Shown: positions 18,180-28,590, counted from the stretch's first letter. The stretch: DNA of 64,000 bases from an uncultured Verrucomicrobiae bacterium (GCA_963762565.1 CAVXLD010000001.1:1312001-1376000), one strand, 5' to 3'. Numbers and translations: made by a program. The notes: generated by a model not told the origin, from the sequence alone.

Positions 18180-19670
18180 ATGTCTTCTGAACTTCTCACC
18201 ACGAATCGTAAGGCCCTGACCATTAATCTGGCTGAGTCTAAATATGGGACGTTCGCCGAAATCGGAGCTGGACAGGAGGTTGCACGCCATTTTTTCCAGG
18301 CGGGGGGAGCCGCCGGCACAGTGGCGAAATCGATCTCCGCGTATGACATGAAATTCAGCGACGCGATCTATGGCAAGTCCGCTCGCTATGTTTCCCGGGA
18401 ACGACTCGGCTTGATGCTAGAGCACGAGTATGAGTTACTGCTGGAACGCCTCAAAGCCCTGCGGGGCGATCAAACGGAGTTTTTTGTTTTTGGCGACACG
18501 GTGGCGGCCAGAAATTTCAAGGGCACGAACGAATGCCATGGATGGCTGGGAATCCGGTTTCAGGGGCAGCCCAATTCGGAGCCGAGCGATATCGTGATGC
18601 ACGTTCGGATGTGGGACAAAGAAAATCTCCTGCAACAACAGGCCTTGGGCATCATCGGCGTCAATCTGATTTATGGCGCTTTTTTTTATCTAACCGATCA
18701 AGACAAATTTATTCAATCCCTGGCTGATAACCTTACCGTGGATCGGATTGAAGTCGATATGATCACCTTCAGCGGCCCGCTGTTTGTGAATGTCGACAAT
18801 CGGTTAATGAGCCTGAAGCTGGTTGAGTATGGGCTCACCAATGCGGTGTTGTTCAACCCCGATGGCGCGGTGATGCAACCATCCGAAGTACTGCACAAGA
18901 AAACGATCGTCGTCGAAAGAGGCAGTTTCCGCCCAGTTACCCTGGTGAACGACGATATGCTCAAATGCGCGCTAGCTCAGTTTTTGCAGGAACCCGCTGT
19001 GGTGGGTAGAGAAACCGTGGTCTTGATGGAGCTGACGATGCATAATTTGCTGGCCTCAGGCAATCTTGACCACGAAGACTTCCTGGCGAGAGTAGATACT
19101 CTCGCCGGCATCGGATACAATGTTCTGATCTCGGGTTATTTTGAGTTTTTCCGGCTTACTTCCTACTTGCGCCGTTATACGAAGGAAATGGTTGGGGTTG
19201 TAATGGGCATAAATAACCTGCTGGAGATCTTTAATGAGAAGTACTACGACAGCCTCGATGGCGGCATTCTGGAAGCGGTGGGCCGTCTCTTTAAAGGGTC
19301 GACCAAGCTCTATGCTTACCCCATGAGAAAGAGCGCCTACGACCGTTATTGCCTAAAGGCTGATTGTCCCGTGCCGGATTCCAAGGCTCTGGCACTGCCT
19401 ACAGATGTCTGGATCAATGCGACCAATCTACAGGTCGCGCTTAATCTCAGGAATCTTTACGCTCATCTTATGGAGAACCGTTATATTGCTCCTATCGTCG
19501 GCTTCGATCCCTCGATTATGGACATTTTCTCGCGTGACGTCCTGGCTAAGATTCAAAACGGCGGGAGTGGCTGGGAGAGCGCTGTACCAGCAAAAGTAGC
19601 GGCTCTAATTAAGGAGCGGCATCTATTCGGCTACCAAAAATCGTCCGCGCGCGAGCTCCATCCGGTTTAA
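18180..19670 (+). CDS. Conserved cytoplasmic protein with a nucleotidyltransferase-like C-terminal half (family often labelled TonB-dependent receptor)
   Basis: YGTFAEIGAGQEVAR, ERGSFRPVT motifs; no signal peptide or beta-barrel pattern. Confidence 0.75.
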   Translation: MSSELLTTNRKALTINLAESKYGTFAEIGAGQEVARHFFQAGGAAGTVAKSISAYDMKFSDAIYGKSARYVSRERLGLMLEHEYELLLERLKALRGDQTEFFVFGDTVAARNFKGTNECHGWLGIRFQGQPNSEPSDIVMHVRMWDKENLLQQQALGIIGVNLIYGAFFYLTDQDKFIQSLADNLTVDRIEVDMITFSGPLFVNVDNRLMSLKLVEYGLTNAVLFNPDGAVMQPSEVLHKKTIVVERGSFRPVTLVNDDMLKCALAQFLQEPAVVGRETVVLMELTMHNLLASGNLDHEDFLARVDTLAGIGYNVLISGYFEFFRLTSYLRRYTKEMVGVVMGINNLLEIFNEKYYDSLDGGILEAVGRLFKGSTKLYAYPMRKSAYDRYCLKADCPVPDSKALALPTDVWINATNLQVALNLRNLYAHLMENRYIAPIVGFDPSIMDIFSRDVLAKIQNGGSGWESAVPAKVAALIKERHLFGYQKSSARELHPV

Positions 19671-19802
19671 TCCAGAGATGGAGCATCAGTAAGAAGAGGT
19701 GGATAATTCTTTAGGAAGTTACAGGTTGAAATCAGTCTTGCTCCGATTGGTCAATCATCATTTCCTAAGTCGTAGCCAGGTAGTCCGACTACGCTTTAGT
19801 TG

Positions 19803-20531
19803 ATGAACCCCCTAGAACAACGCATCGGATATAAGTTCCGAAACTCGCTGCTTTTGGCCGAAGCGCTCACTCACCCGAGCCTCGGCCATGAAACACAGCG
19901 ACATCATTTCGATAATCAAAGGCTGGAGTTTCTCGGTGATGCAGTGCTCCAATTGATCTTTACCGAGCATCTCTTCCGACTATTCCCGCATTTTAGCGAG
20001 GGACAGCTTACCAAGCTGCGGTCGCGTCTCGTCTCGCGCGAAGGTCTTAAGGTTCACGCCTTGAGTATCGGCTTGGGCACTTATTTGATGATGGGTCGAG
20101 GAGAAGAGGCCAGTGGCGGCCGGGAAAGAGCCTCGATCCTGGCGGACGCCTTCGAAGCGCTAGTGGGTGCAATGTACCTCGATAGCAACCTCGAGGTCGT
20201 ACGGCGTTTTATACTTGAGGAAGCACACGAAGACATCCAACGCCTGGCTTTACAGCCTTTAGAAGTGAATCCTAAAGGCCAGCTGCAAGAGATTCTACAA
20301 GCGATCTCGGCTAAAAGCCCGGTCTATGAGATTATTTCGCAAACCGGACCCGAACATCAAAAACTGTTTATCGCTAAAGTGATTTGGGACAACGCCGAGC
20401 TCGGTTCCGGCGAGGGTTCAAGTAAGAAGCAGGCCGAAACGGCTGCCGCCCTGGCCGCTCTGCGATCGCGGCTCTGGGAAAAGGACTCTTCCGCCGCTGC
20501 TACCCCAGAAACGGAATCGGCCGGTTCGTAG
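19803..20531 (+). CDS. rnc: Ribonuclease III
   Basis: NQRLEFLGDAVL, ADAFEALVGAMYLD, C-terminal dsRBD. Confidence 0.97.
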   Translation: MNPLEQRIGYKFRNSLLLAEALTHPSLGHETQRHHFDNQRLEFLGDAVLQLIFTEHLFRLFPHFSEGQLTKLRSRLVSREGLKVHALSIGLGTYLMMGRGEEASGGRERASILADAFEALVGAMYLDSNLEVVRRFILEEAHEDIQRLALQPLEVNPKGQLQEILQAISAKSPVYEIISQTGPEHQKLFIAKVIWDNAELGSGEGSSKKQAETAAALAALRSRLWEKDSSAAATPETESAGS

Positions 20532-21615
20532 AGCGTAGATACACCAGGCCGACTCCAAGCAGGAAGAACACAACTGGCGGTGTCCAAGCGGCTACCAGCG
20601 GGGAAACTCGTGAACCTGCTCCTAACGCGGCAAAAATTTGTCCCGCGCCGAAAAGCGCTAGAAACAGAAACAAGCCTGCTGCCACACCCCCAAGCGCGCC
20701 GCGCCGGGAGAAAATGACACAAAGCGGGCTGGCGATTAGCACTACCACCAGAACATTAACCGGCACAGCAAAACGGTCCCAAAACTGGGTCCGATATTCA
20801 GCCAGTACGCTGCTAGGAAAATCCGAGTTGACCCTTAAGTAGTGCTGAAGCTCAGGCACTGTCATCATCCGGCCGTTGAGCGCTGAGCTACCTAATTGCC
20901 AGATCGTTTCTGACCAATCTGGTTCTTCTTTTTTGTCGAAGAATTCTTCGTCCGTAACATTCCCGTCTGCATCTACATATGAGATCTTGCCGTCGTACAA
21001 GATCCACTTGTTTCCATGATGAATGGCGGATGCTGCGTACGCGACCCACTGGATAACCTCGTTGTCGTCCTGCTGGGTGATTTCCAAGCCTTTGACCTCG
21101 CTCGTTTTGGTATTGAGCAACTGGATAAACCAGATTCGATGCTGTCTCCGATTAACGTAAACGTGGCCATCCAGATACGTGACCTTAGAATGTCCCTTGG
21201 AAACTTCGTCCATCCGGTTGTTCATCACGTAGTACCCCGTAGGCGCCAACTCGTAATTCAGATATCCGCAGACGCAGCTGAGAACCAATCCAAAGACGAT
21301 TAAGGGCATTAGCACTCTGGGCACACTTCTCCCGGCGCCCAGCATGGCCACGATCTCGTTTCGGCGCGACATCCTGGTCAGGACGTAGAGCAGACCCAGT
21401 AGGACTGCGAGCGGCATCCAGAGGACCAGCATGTACGGCACCTGCTGCAGGTAGTACAGTAGGATGACCCGGAACGAGAGGTGCAGTTCCGCAAACCTTG
21501 GGCCCTCGACGCCAAGCTGGTAGACCAACCAAATGCCCAAGATCCCGAAGATCGCGTAGAAAAAGAACAATAAAAAGTTCTTGAGCAAATAGCGATCTAA
21601 GAGTCCGAACAACAC
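20500..21615 (-). CDS. LptF/LptG-family LPS export permease
   Basis: LLDRYLLKNF, RRNEIVAMLGAG, AAWTP; 3+3 TM layout; overlaps rnc 3' end by 32 nt. Confidence 0.9.
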   Translation of the reverse strand: MLFGLLDRYLLKNFLLFFFYAIFGILGIWLVYQLGVEGPRFAELHLSFRVILLYYLQQVPYMLVLWMPLAVLLGLLYVLTRMSRRNEIVAMLGAGRSVPRVLMPLIVFGLVLSCVCGYLNYELAPTGYYVMNNRMDEVSKGHSKVTYLDGHVYVNRRQHRIWFIQLLNTKTSEVKGLEITQQDDNEVIQWVAYAASAIHHGNKWILYDGKISYVDADGNVTDEEFFDKKEEPDWSETIWQLGSSALNGRMMTVPELQHYLRVNSDFPSSVLAEYRTQFWDRFAVPVNVLVVVLIASPLCVIFSRRGALGGVAAGLFLFLALFGAGQIFAALGAGSRVSPLVAAWTPPVVFFLLGVGLVYLRSTNRPIPFLG

Positions 21616-21631
21616 GGGGGTAAAATAGGAA

Positions 21632-21892
21632 GGAGTTGAAGGAGTTCAAGGAGTTGGTAGGGCGAGGCTCCCGAACGACCTAAACCGGTTAGCGGGGATA
21701 CTGATGCCCTATTTTCTAAACGCGTAGTTACTACTGGTGACCCGCCGAGCCGTGTCCTGCGCGACCCACGGCTCGGCGGGCCGCTCGACATAGCGTCGCG
21801 AGATTCTGGAGCGGGAGCCCGGGCTTCGCGCCCTGTTCAAGGTTCTTCAGGAGCCTCGCCCTACCGAACTCCTTGAACTTCCCGAACTCCTT
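21632..21892. repeat. Split-REP family B, copy 3 (21656-21865), wrapped by inverted 9-bp GGAGTTCAA arrays
   Basis: 16-bp outer IR, 69-nt inserts, 14-bp inner IR, 12-nt centre. Confidence 0.9.
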
Positions 21893-21912
21893 GCTGATTA
21901 TGCCCGGGGGAT

Positions 21913-22671
21913 ATGCTTGCTAAACGAATCATTCCTTGTCTCGATGTGACCGAGGGCCGCGTCGTGAAAGGCACGAAATTTGTACAACTCCGGGATGCTG
22001 GTGATCCGGTGGAATGTGCAAAAGAGTACAATCGGCAAGGCGCTGACGAGCTGGTTTTTCTCGATATCACTGCCAGTTCTGATCATCGGAGAACAATGAT
22101 CGATGTGGTGGAACGCACAGCCGAACAATGTTTTATGCCGCTTACCGTCGGGGGCGGCATTCGGAGTCTGATCGATGTCCGCGATATGTTGTTGGCGGGA
22201 GCAGACAAGGTGAGCATGAACACGGCAGCGATCCAACGGCCCACGCTGATCAGTGAAGCGGCTGAAGCGTTTGGTGTTCAATGTATTGTGGTGGCGATCG
22301 ACGCCAAGAAAGAGCCCACAGGCGGTTGGAGGGTTTATACTCATGGCGGCCGCAAACCGACCGAGCTTGACGCGATCGAATGGGCCTTAACTGCGTCAAG
22401 GCTTGGCGCAGGGGAAATATTACTTACGAGTATGGATGCAGACGGGACTAAAGATGGTTACGATCTGGCGCTGACCGCAGCGGTCAGCTCAGCAGTCACG
22501 ATTCCCGTCATCGCCAGCGGGGGCGCGGGTAGTTTGGAACATTTGGAGAAAGTACTTCGCGAGGGACACGCGGACGCCGTGCTGGCCGCCAGCATATTTC
22601 ATTTTGGCGAGTATTCCGTAGCGGACGCCAAACGGTTTCTTTCCGAACATGGAATTCATGTACGGCTGTGA
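21913..22671 (+). CDS. hisF: Imidazole glycerol phosphate synthase cyclase subunit
   Basis: [43 protein letters not shown]. Confidence 0.98.
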   Translation: MLAKRIIPCLDVTEGRVVKGTKFVQLRDAGDPVECAKEYNRQGADELVFLDITASSDHRRTMIDVVERTAEQCFMPLTVGGGIRSLIDVRDMLLAGADKVSMNTAAIQRPTLISEAAEAFGVQCIVVAIDAKKEPTGGWRVYTHGGRKPTELDAIEWALTASRLGAGEILLTSMDADGTKDGYDLALTAAVSSAVTIPVIASGGAGSLEHLEKVLREGHADAVLAASIFHFGEYSVADAKRFLSEHGIHVRL

Positions 22672-22680
22672 AAGAAGTTC

Positions 22681-22910
22681 GGTAGGGCGAAAACCTCGGC
22701 GCGCCGAGGACGCGACCATTACTCTTGGGCGGATCGCGCCGGGTTTGAGCCGCGCCGTGCGGCTAAGCTCATCCGAGATCGCCCTGAACCTGGATGCTTG
22801 GTTCGCGTCCGTCGAGGGAGAACGCCACACATCGGGTCGCGGCTCAAACCCGGCGCGGGAAGATCAAGTTAGAAACAATGCGCTCGGCGCGCCGAGGTTT
22901 TCGCCCAACC
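22681..22910. repeat. GTAG-type nested inverted element, family C
   Basis: 28-bp outer IR 22681-22708 / 22883-22910; perfect 20-bp inner IR 22735-22754 / 22838-22857. Confidence 0.88.
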
Positions 22911-22914
22911 GCCC

Positions 22915-24606
22915 TTGAACTACCTCTGGGACCTTACCGCAGCCGCTGATCGCAGCGACCTGGCTGCACTCGCGGCGGAACTTCGGCTACCGATTTCGAT
23001 TCTTCGGCTCTTGAGTCGCAGAGGATTTCAAGATGCCGAGGCGATTCGCAGTTTTCTATGGCCACGGCTTCGTGAACTGTCTGACCCCTTTCTCCTGGCA
23101 GGCATGAAGGCGGCCGTCGAGCGTATCTTTCAGGCGGTTGATCGACAGGAACGGATCGTTCTATACGGAGATTACGACGTTGACGGGATCACTTCGCTAA
23201 CCTTGCTCGCCCGCGTGTTGCAAGCCTATGGAGCCAGTCCTGCTTTATTTCTGCCGATGCGGGTTGAGGAAGGGTATGGCTTGACGGCAGACGGTGTTTC
23301 CCGGTGTCTTCAAGCGCATCACCCTCAATTGCTGATTGCGTTGGATTGCGGCACCTCATCGGCTGAGCGCATCACGGAGATTGAAGCGACTGGAATCGAC
23401 GTCGTGGTAATCGATCACCACGAGGTTCAACATGCCCCGCCTAAATGCCACGCCTTCATCAATCCGAAGACTGGGACCGACCACAGATATTTCTGTACGG
23501 TGGGGTTGGTATTCAAGTTATGCCACGCCCTACTCAAAGAGCGACGAATCCCCGATCTCGATTTGAAACAGTACCTCGATCTCGTTGCCATCGGCACCAT
23601 TGCTGATCTGGTTCCGTTGGTCGCCGAAAATCGGCTCCTTGTCTATCATGGGTTGAAACAGCTCGAAACCACCCAGTGGGTTGGTGTTAAAACTTTGATG
23701 CGGGTCGCTGGAATCAACTTTCCGGTACGGCCGGACGATGTGGGGTTTCGCCTCGGGCCGCGACTAAACGCAGCCGGTCGTCTCGGCTTAGCGGAAGCTG
23801 CACTGAACTTACTCCTGACCTCCGACGATGACGTCGCAGCTTCTCTATCCGCCGAACTTGATCAACAAAATCGAGCTCGCCAGGAACTGGAACAACAGAC
23901 GTTCGATGCCGCTTGCCGGCTTCTGGAACAGGATCCGGATTTGGCGTCTCATTGCGCGATCGTGGTAGGTGAGGCCGGCTGGCATCCCGGGGTGGTCGGG
24001 ATTGTAGCGGCTCGTCTAGTTCGTCAGTATTATCGTCCGGCCTTGGTTATCGGATTTGACCAGGAAGGGGTCGGTAAAGGTAGCGGCCGCAGCATCCCTG
24101 GATTTTCATTGGTGCAAGCGCTAGACGGGTGCTGCGGTTCACTGACCCAGTACGGCGGCCACGAAATGGCGGCTGGGTTTTCACTACCTTTTGAGCAACT
24201 TGCTGTTTTTGCAGGCGCGTTCAGAGCGGTTGCCAAAAATACGCTCAGTGCGGAACAACTATTGCCCAGGCTGCAGATCGACGCGTTAGTTAACGGGAGC
24301 GAAATCAACTACGATTTCCTGGTCGCGCACGAACGGTTGCAACCTTTTGGGCTGGGGAACTGGCAGCCATTGTTGCTATTGCAACGAGGAGAACCAACCG
24401 GCGACATAAAAGTCTTGAAGGAAAAACATCGGGTCTTTGGGCTACGCCATAACGGTCGCCTGTTACGCGCCATCGAGTTTAATTTTAGTGAACCATTGCC
24501 GGCGCCGCCTTGGGACGTCGCGTTTTATCTGGAGCCCGCAGTTTATCGCGACCAGATTCAAATCCAGCTTAGAGTCGTAGCGATCAGGACATCAGGGCCG
24601 GGATAG
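22915..24606 (+). CDS. recJ: ssDNA-specific exonuclease RecJ
   Basis: YGDYDVDG, LDCG, IDHH, GPRLNAAGR, GSGRS, GGHEMAAG. Confidence 0.97.
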   Translation: MNYLWDLTAAADRSDLAALAAELRLPISILRLLSRRGFQDAEAIRSFLWPRLRELSDPFLLAGMKAAVERIFQAVDRQERIVLYGDYDVDGITSLTLLARVLQAYGASPALFLPMRVEEGYGLTADGVSRCLQAHHPQLLIALDCGTSSAERITEIEATGIDVVVIDHHEVQHAPPKCHAFINPKTGTDHRYFCTVGLVFKLCHALLKERRIPDLDLKQYLDLVAIGTIADLVPLVAENRLLVYHGLKQLETTQWVGVKTLMRVAGINFPVRPDDVGFRLGPRLNAAGRLGLAEAALNLLLTSDDDVAASLSAELDQQNRARQELEQQTFDAACRLLEQDPDLASHCAIVVGEAGWHPGVVGIVAARLVRQYYRPALVIGFDQEGVGKGSGRSIPGFSLVQALDGCCGSLTQYGGHEMAAGFSLPFEQLAVFAGAFRAVAKNTLSAEQLLPRLQIDALVNGSEINYDFLVAHERLQPFGLGNWQPLLLLQRGEPTGDIKVLKEKHRVFGLRHNGRLLRAIEFNFSEPLPAPPWDVAFYLEPAVYRDQIQIQLRVVAIRTSGPG

Positions 24607-24768
24607 AGGCGGTTTTTCGTCCTCGTGCTCGATGAATCGACGCGCGTCCGCAGAATACGGATGGGATCCGCCTTCGCCAAGCCCACCGCGGGACAAGCTC
24701 GATAGGGCTAATGTGACTTATGGGTCATGTCGGTTCGCATTCATCGAGGACGAGGACGAAAACCGCCT
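24607..24768. repeat. Family E element, copy 2, with nested cargo
   Basis: AGGCGGTTTTTCGTCCTCGTGCTCGATGAAT / ATTCATCGAGGACGAGGACGAAAACCGCCT; encloses GGATCCGCCTTCGCCAAG..GGACAAG and a degenerate 9-mer array. Confidence 0.8.
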
Positions 24769-25201
24769 ACCGTGCCACACGAGACGACGGTTCTCGGTGC
24801 ATTTGCGCTCCGACAAACTCGACCAGTTGCTTTGGAAAGAACGGCTTCCTTAATAGCAGCTGTTTTTCGACCATCACCGCGGCACGAGGATCTGACTCAG
24901 ATAATGCCCCGGTTATAAACAAGACGGGCAGGCCGGGGGCGAGCTGATGAATCTTCTCTGCTAGTTCCAGGCCATCAACGGGCCCGGGCATAACGATGTC
25001 GGTAAGCACGAGCTCGATTTCGGATTGTCGCTGTTCCAAGATCTTCCAGGCATCCTCCACTGTGGCTGCAGTGATGACCCCATAGTTCGCCAGCTGCAGG
25101 ACGCGCTCGATGTACTGCAAAATAAACGGTTCGTCATCAGCCACCAGGATGAGTGGTTGGTTCAGATTGCGAGCGAAACCGGGTTGGACTGCACGTGCCA
25201 T
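24767..25201 (-). CDS. Single-domain response regulator
   Basis: ILVADDE, LTDIVMPG, FITG, KPF. Confidence 0.92.
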   Translation of the reverse strand: MARAVQPGFARNLNQPLILVADDEPFILQYIERVLQLANYGVITAATVEDAWKILEQRQSEIELVLTDIVMPGPVDGLELAEKIHQLAPGLPVLFITGALSESDPRAAVMVEKQLLLRKPFFPKQLVEFVGAQMHREPSSRVAR

Positions 25202-25319
25202 GATTTCAAGAACTCTGCTCTCTTATATTTTTCGCGAATAATTGTGGAAAATATAGCATTTTCTTGTGGTTAGTTTGCACTCTCGGTGGCGACAAAGTCC
25301 GACATCACGGACAAAGGAA

Positions 25320-25355
25320 AACGCCAGGAGCGCCGAGATCGCCGTGAACGCCAAG
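25320..25355. repeat. 9-bp tandem array
   Basis: AACGCCAGG AGCGCCGAG ATCGCCGTG AACGCCAAG. Confidence 0.6.
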
Positions 25356-25382
25356 GGCAGAGCCGATGGCGGAGTTGAGTCT

Positions 25383-26372
25383 TTATTTTTGCGGGACAGC
25401 CGCCCCGGCGCGAGCCAAAGTCGGTATCCGCAACATTGCTCCGTAGCAGTTAAAGACCCGCCGGCTACCAAACGTCAGGTCGTGCGCCTGGGCTAGACTT
25501 TCGACCATGCGTAAACCAATCCCGGTTCCCGTTTCAGTATTCGTCTTGGTGCCTACCCGATTCAGAACAAACAGGGTCAATGCTTCATTGCAGGCGCGTG
25601 ATCGCAACCGGATCTCCCCTACCCCGTGAGAAAAAGCGTTGGAGAGCAGATTGTGAAGGATCAATCCGAAGATCTTTTCATCCAACTCGGCTTCCAACTC
25701 TGGCGGTAGGTCAATAGAAAGCTTGCGCTGTTGGGCCGCGGCCTGGAGCTCGTAAGGCGCCACTATCGCCTGCACAGACTTGGCGACCTTTTGCCTGGTT
25801 TTAACCGGACGAATTTTGTGTTCGGCGACTTTCGCAAGGAAAAGCGCAGTATCGACATACTCGGTCAACCGGCGGATTTCTCCCGTCATAAAGTCCAGAA
25901 ACTGCGGATCAAGCTGCTTCGCCGCATAGTCGAGATGTAGCTGAAGGGATGTGAGTGGGCCCCGCAGCTCATGAGCGACTTTGGCTGCATAGTGATCCAG
26001 ACGAGCCTGGCTCTCCCTTAAAACTTCCATTAGATCGGTAATTTCTGCGACCAGCTTCTGATACTCTCGATCGCGGTTCAAGGATCCCAATGCCAACAGG
26101 TCCGAGCTCGATATTCTCCGTTCCGCCAAGGCGTTGGCCACCTGCTCAACCGGGCGATTGATTCGGCGAGTGACAATCAAGACCGGGATGGCAACAACCC
26201 CGGCGGTCACCGCCAAAGAACTAACCCAGATTTTGAGCAACTCAGGCCCGAGTTGCTCCCAGTGATCCGTTGTTTGACTAAGCCAGAGCCAAGTAATGGC
26301 CAGAGATATCGCCACGCCGATTCCAGCGGTCGCCACGCAGGCCAAAGTTACGGCTACTTTCGTGGATCTCAT
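25383..26372 (-). CDS. Membrane histidine kinase with a short or degenerate ATPase domain
   Basis: Two TM helices, AHELRGPLT H-box, NLLSNA N-box, GTGIGL G2; G1/F boxes not evident. Confidence 0.85.
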   Translation of the reverse strand: MRSTKVAVTLACVATAGIGVAISLAITWLWLSQTTDHWEQLGPELLKIWVSSLAVTAGVVAIPVLIVTRRINRPVEQVANALAERRISSSDLLALGSLNRDREYQKLVAEITDLMEVLRESQARLDHYAAKVAHELRGPLTSLQLHLDYAAKQLDPQFLDFMTGEIRRLTEYVDTALFLAKVAEHKIRPVKTRQKVAKSVQAIVAPYELQAAAQQRKLSIDLPPELEAELDEKIFGLILHNLLSNAFSHGVGEIRLRSRACNEALTLFVLNRVGTKTNTETGTGIGLRMVESLAQAHDLTFGSRRVFNCYGAMLRIPTLARAGAAVPQK

Positions 26373-26378
26373 CGCGGA

Positions 26379-26486
26379 AGACAGAATTCACCACAAAGAC
26401 ACGGAGGCCACAAAGGACCAATCCAAGATGAGGCTTTTTGGTTTTTGTTCTTTGTGACCTCTGTGTCTCTGTGGTGAATTCTGTCT
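26379..26486. repeat. Inverted pair of 9-bp CACARAGRC arrays (empty element)
   Basis: AGACAGAATTCACCACAAAGACACGGAGGCCACAAAG / CTTTGTGACCTCTGTGTCTCTGTGGTGAATTCTGTCT. Confidence 0.85.
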
Positions 26487-26490
26487 CCTA

Positions 26491-27555
26491 CTAAATCGAG
26501 GTTTCGCGTTTGGTTGAGCGCAGACGGATGGTTTTCTGAACGAGATCGTGGTAAGCCTCGATCATTCGTACCGTGCGGCTGCGAGCACGCATCAGAACGG
26601 AATGAGTGACCGCGGTATGACCACGCACCCGGACACCCCGCAACAATGGATTGTCGCTAATGCCTGTGGCGCAAAAGATGATGTTATCGCCCTGGGCGAG
26701 ATCCTTGGCATAGAAGACCTTGCCCAATTCGCTTCGGTATCCCGCCTCCATCACTGCTTGCTCTTCCGCGCTGTCTCGGGGCCACATCACGGTCTGTAAA
26801 TCGCCGCCCAAACAGCGAATTGCGGCCGCAGCCAGTACCGCTTCGGGAGACCCGCCAATTCCGACATAGAGATCTACGCCACTGTCAGCTATCGAGGGCG
26901 CTATCGCTGCAGTGATATCGCCATCTGAAATCATGCGCACCATGGCGCCGGTAGAACGGACTGCTTCCACCAGTTTCTGGTGGCGGGGCCGGTCCAGAAT
27001 AACGACCGATAGATCCTGGACCCTTTTACGCAGGGCCTTGGCAACCAGGGGAATAATTTCTTCGATCGGGTTCAAGATTGAGATCGTCTGAATCCCGGTC
27101 CGTTGCATATAGCGCACCACCTTCAAACCATAGGCCAGCTTCATCATGTAGAACGTGGGGATATCTTTCAACGAGACCCCAATATCGTGTTCGGGAGAGG
27201 CGGCGGCGATGCAGCAGATCGAACCCGGGAGCCCTTTTGAGACATTGGTGGTGCCGTCAATCGGATCGAGCGCCAAATCGAATTTATGGCTGCCAGGCGA
27301 CCAGGTTCCAAGGTGTTCTCCTTTAAATATCCCGGGAGCATTATCCTTGATCCCCTCTCCAATCACCACCTCTCCACAAATGTTCATGAGGTCGAACATA
27401 CCGCGGATCGCATCGCAGGCCGCAGCGTCGGCCTTCTCCTTTTCACCCCGTCCGATCCACGGCAGAGTGTTCAAAGCGGCCGCCTCGGTTGCCCTCAGGA
27501 AGTCGATCTCGATGATGCGTTCGTAATCTTCGTACGGTTGCTGGTGGGAGCGCAT
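26491..27555 (-). CDS. glpX: Fructose-1,6-bisphosphatase class II
   Basis: ATEAAA, VVIGEG, DPIDGT, LDRPRH, ISDGD, GGSPE, ATGISD; start at MRSHQQ. Confidence 0.95.
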   Translation of the reverse strand: MRSHQQPYEDYERIIEIDFLRATEAAALNTLPWIGRGEKEKADAAACDAIRGMFDLMNICGEVVIGEGIKDNAPGIFKGEHLGTWSPGSHKFDLALDPIDGTTNVSKGLPGSICCIAAASPEHDIGVSLKDIPTFYMMKLAYGLKVVRYMQRTGIQTISILNPIEEIIPLVAKALRKRVQDLSVVILDRPRHQKLVEAVRSTGAMVRMISDGDITAAIAPSIADSGVDLYVGIGGSPEAVLAAAAIRCLGGDLQTVMWPRDSAEEQAVMEAGYRSELGKVFYAKDLAQGDNIIFCATGISDNPLLRGVRVRGHTAVTHSVLMRARSRTVRMIEAYHDLVQKTIRLRSTKRETSI

Positions 27556-27563
27556 GAGACAGA

Positions 27564-27728
27564 ATGACAGATGACAAATGACAGATGACAAATCGAATAG
27601 CCAATTGCAAATCGCCACGCGTCGCGAATAGGCGATAGCCACGCTGTCGCGAATAGTCGATAGCCAATCAGGAGATTGCCTTGGCTATTGGCTATTCAAT
27701 TTGTCATTTGTCATCTGTCATTTGTCAT
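27564..27728. repeat. Nested inverted heptamer arrays (outer ATGACAR x4, inner AATAGCC type)
   Basis: ATGACAG ATGACAA x2 - AATAGCC AATTGCA AATCGCC ... GGCTATT x2 - TTGTCAT TTGTCAT CTGTCAT TTGTCAT. Confidence 0.9.
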
Positions 27729-27756
27729 TTTTCCGAAACTGTGGTTTTCAGACAGA

Positions 27757-28509
27757 GTGAATCCCACAGTGAACCCTACCCGCGTTATCTTTTGGAACGA
27801 ATACATTCACGAAAAAAAGGACCCAGCGGTTGCAGCTGTCTATCCGCAAGGAATCCATGCTCAGTTAGCGACCGCTTTTGCTCATGACTCCGCGTTGATC
27901 TGCGAAACGGCGACGCTGGAGGAAAAAGAGCATGGCCTATCGGTCGACCGATTGGACGCTACCGATGTCCTGGTTTGGTGGGGGCATCTAGCGCACAAGC
28001 AAGTTGAGGATGAGATCGTGGAACGGGTCCGAAAGCGGGTTCTGGAAGGAATGGGACTAGTGGTGCTGCACTCAGGGCACTATTCGAAGGTCTTTCAAAG
28101 ATTGCTCGGGACCACCTGTTCGTTGGGTTGGCGTGAAGCCGGTGAAAAAGAGCGGGTCTGGGTCTGCCAGCCAGGGCACCCCATTGCCCGCGATCTACCG
28201 GCTTACTTTGAGATCCCACACGAGGAAATGTATTCGGAGCCTTTTGGTATCCCTAATCCGGACGAATTAGTTTTTATTTCCTGGTTCCAAGGTGGAGAAG
28301 TCTTTCGATCGGGCTGCTGTTGGCGGCGTGGCGCTGGAAAGATCTTTTATTTCCGGCCAGGTCACGAAACCTTTCCCACATACCGGCAACCAGAGGTTCT
28401 GCAAGTGATCCGAAACGGCATCGGATGGGCGACTCCGGATAGACCACGCTGGATTGATGCATGCCCGAATATAAAGGTCTCGCCAGAGGGAATTAGGCAG
28501 GAACGCTAA
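27757..28509 (+). CDS. thuA: Trehalose utilisation protein ThuA family
   Basis: [42 protein letters not shown] start at 27757 or 27769. Confidence 0.92.
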   Translation: MNPTVNPTRVIFWNEYIHEKKDPAVAAVYPQGIHAQLATAFAHDSALICETATLEEKEHGLSVDRLDATDVLVWWGHLAHKQVEDEIVERVRKRVLEGMGLVVLHSGHYSKVFQRLLGTTCSLGWREAGEKERVWVCQPGHPIARDLPAYFEIPHEEMYSEPFGIPNPDELVFISWFQGGEVFRSGCCWRRGAGKIFYFRPGHETFPTYRQPEVLQVIRNGIGWATPDRPRWIDACPNIKVSPEGIRQER

Positions 28510-28518
28510 CGTTCCTAA

Positions 28519-28588
28519 ATGACAAAGTGACAAATGACAGATCGCCGCGAGACTACGGCGCTTGGCGGGAAAATTTGTCATCTGTCAT
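28519..28588. repeat. Inverted ATGACAR heptamer arrays (empty)
   Basis: ATGACAA-A-GTGACAA ATGACAG ... TTGTCAT CTGTCAT, between convergent stop codons. Confidence 0.8.
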
Positions 28589-28590
28589 TC

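Noticed and set aside
27556..27756. Cys/His-rich N-terminal extensions of glpX and thuA (ICHLSFV)
   Set aside because: Encoded by heptamer arrays; family homology starts downstream.
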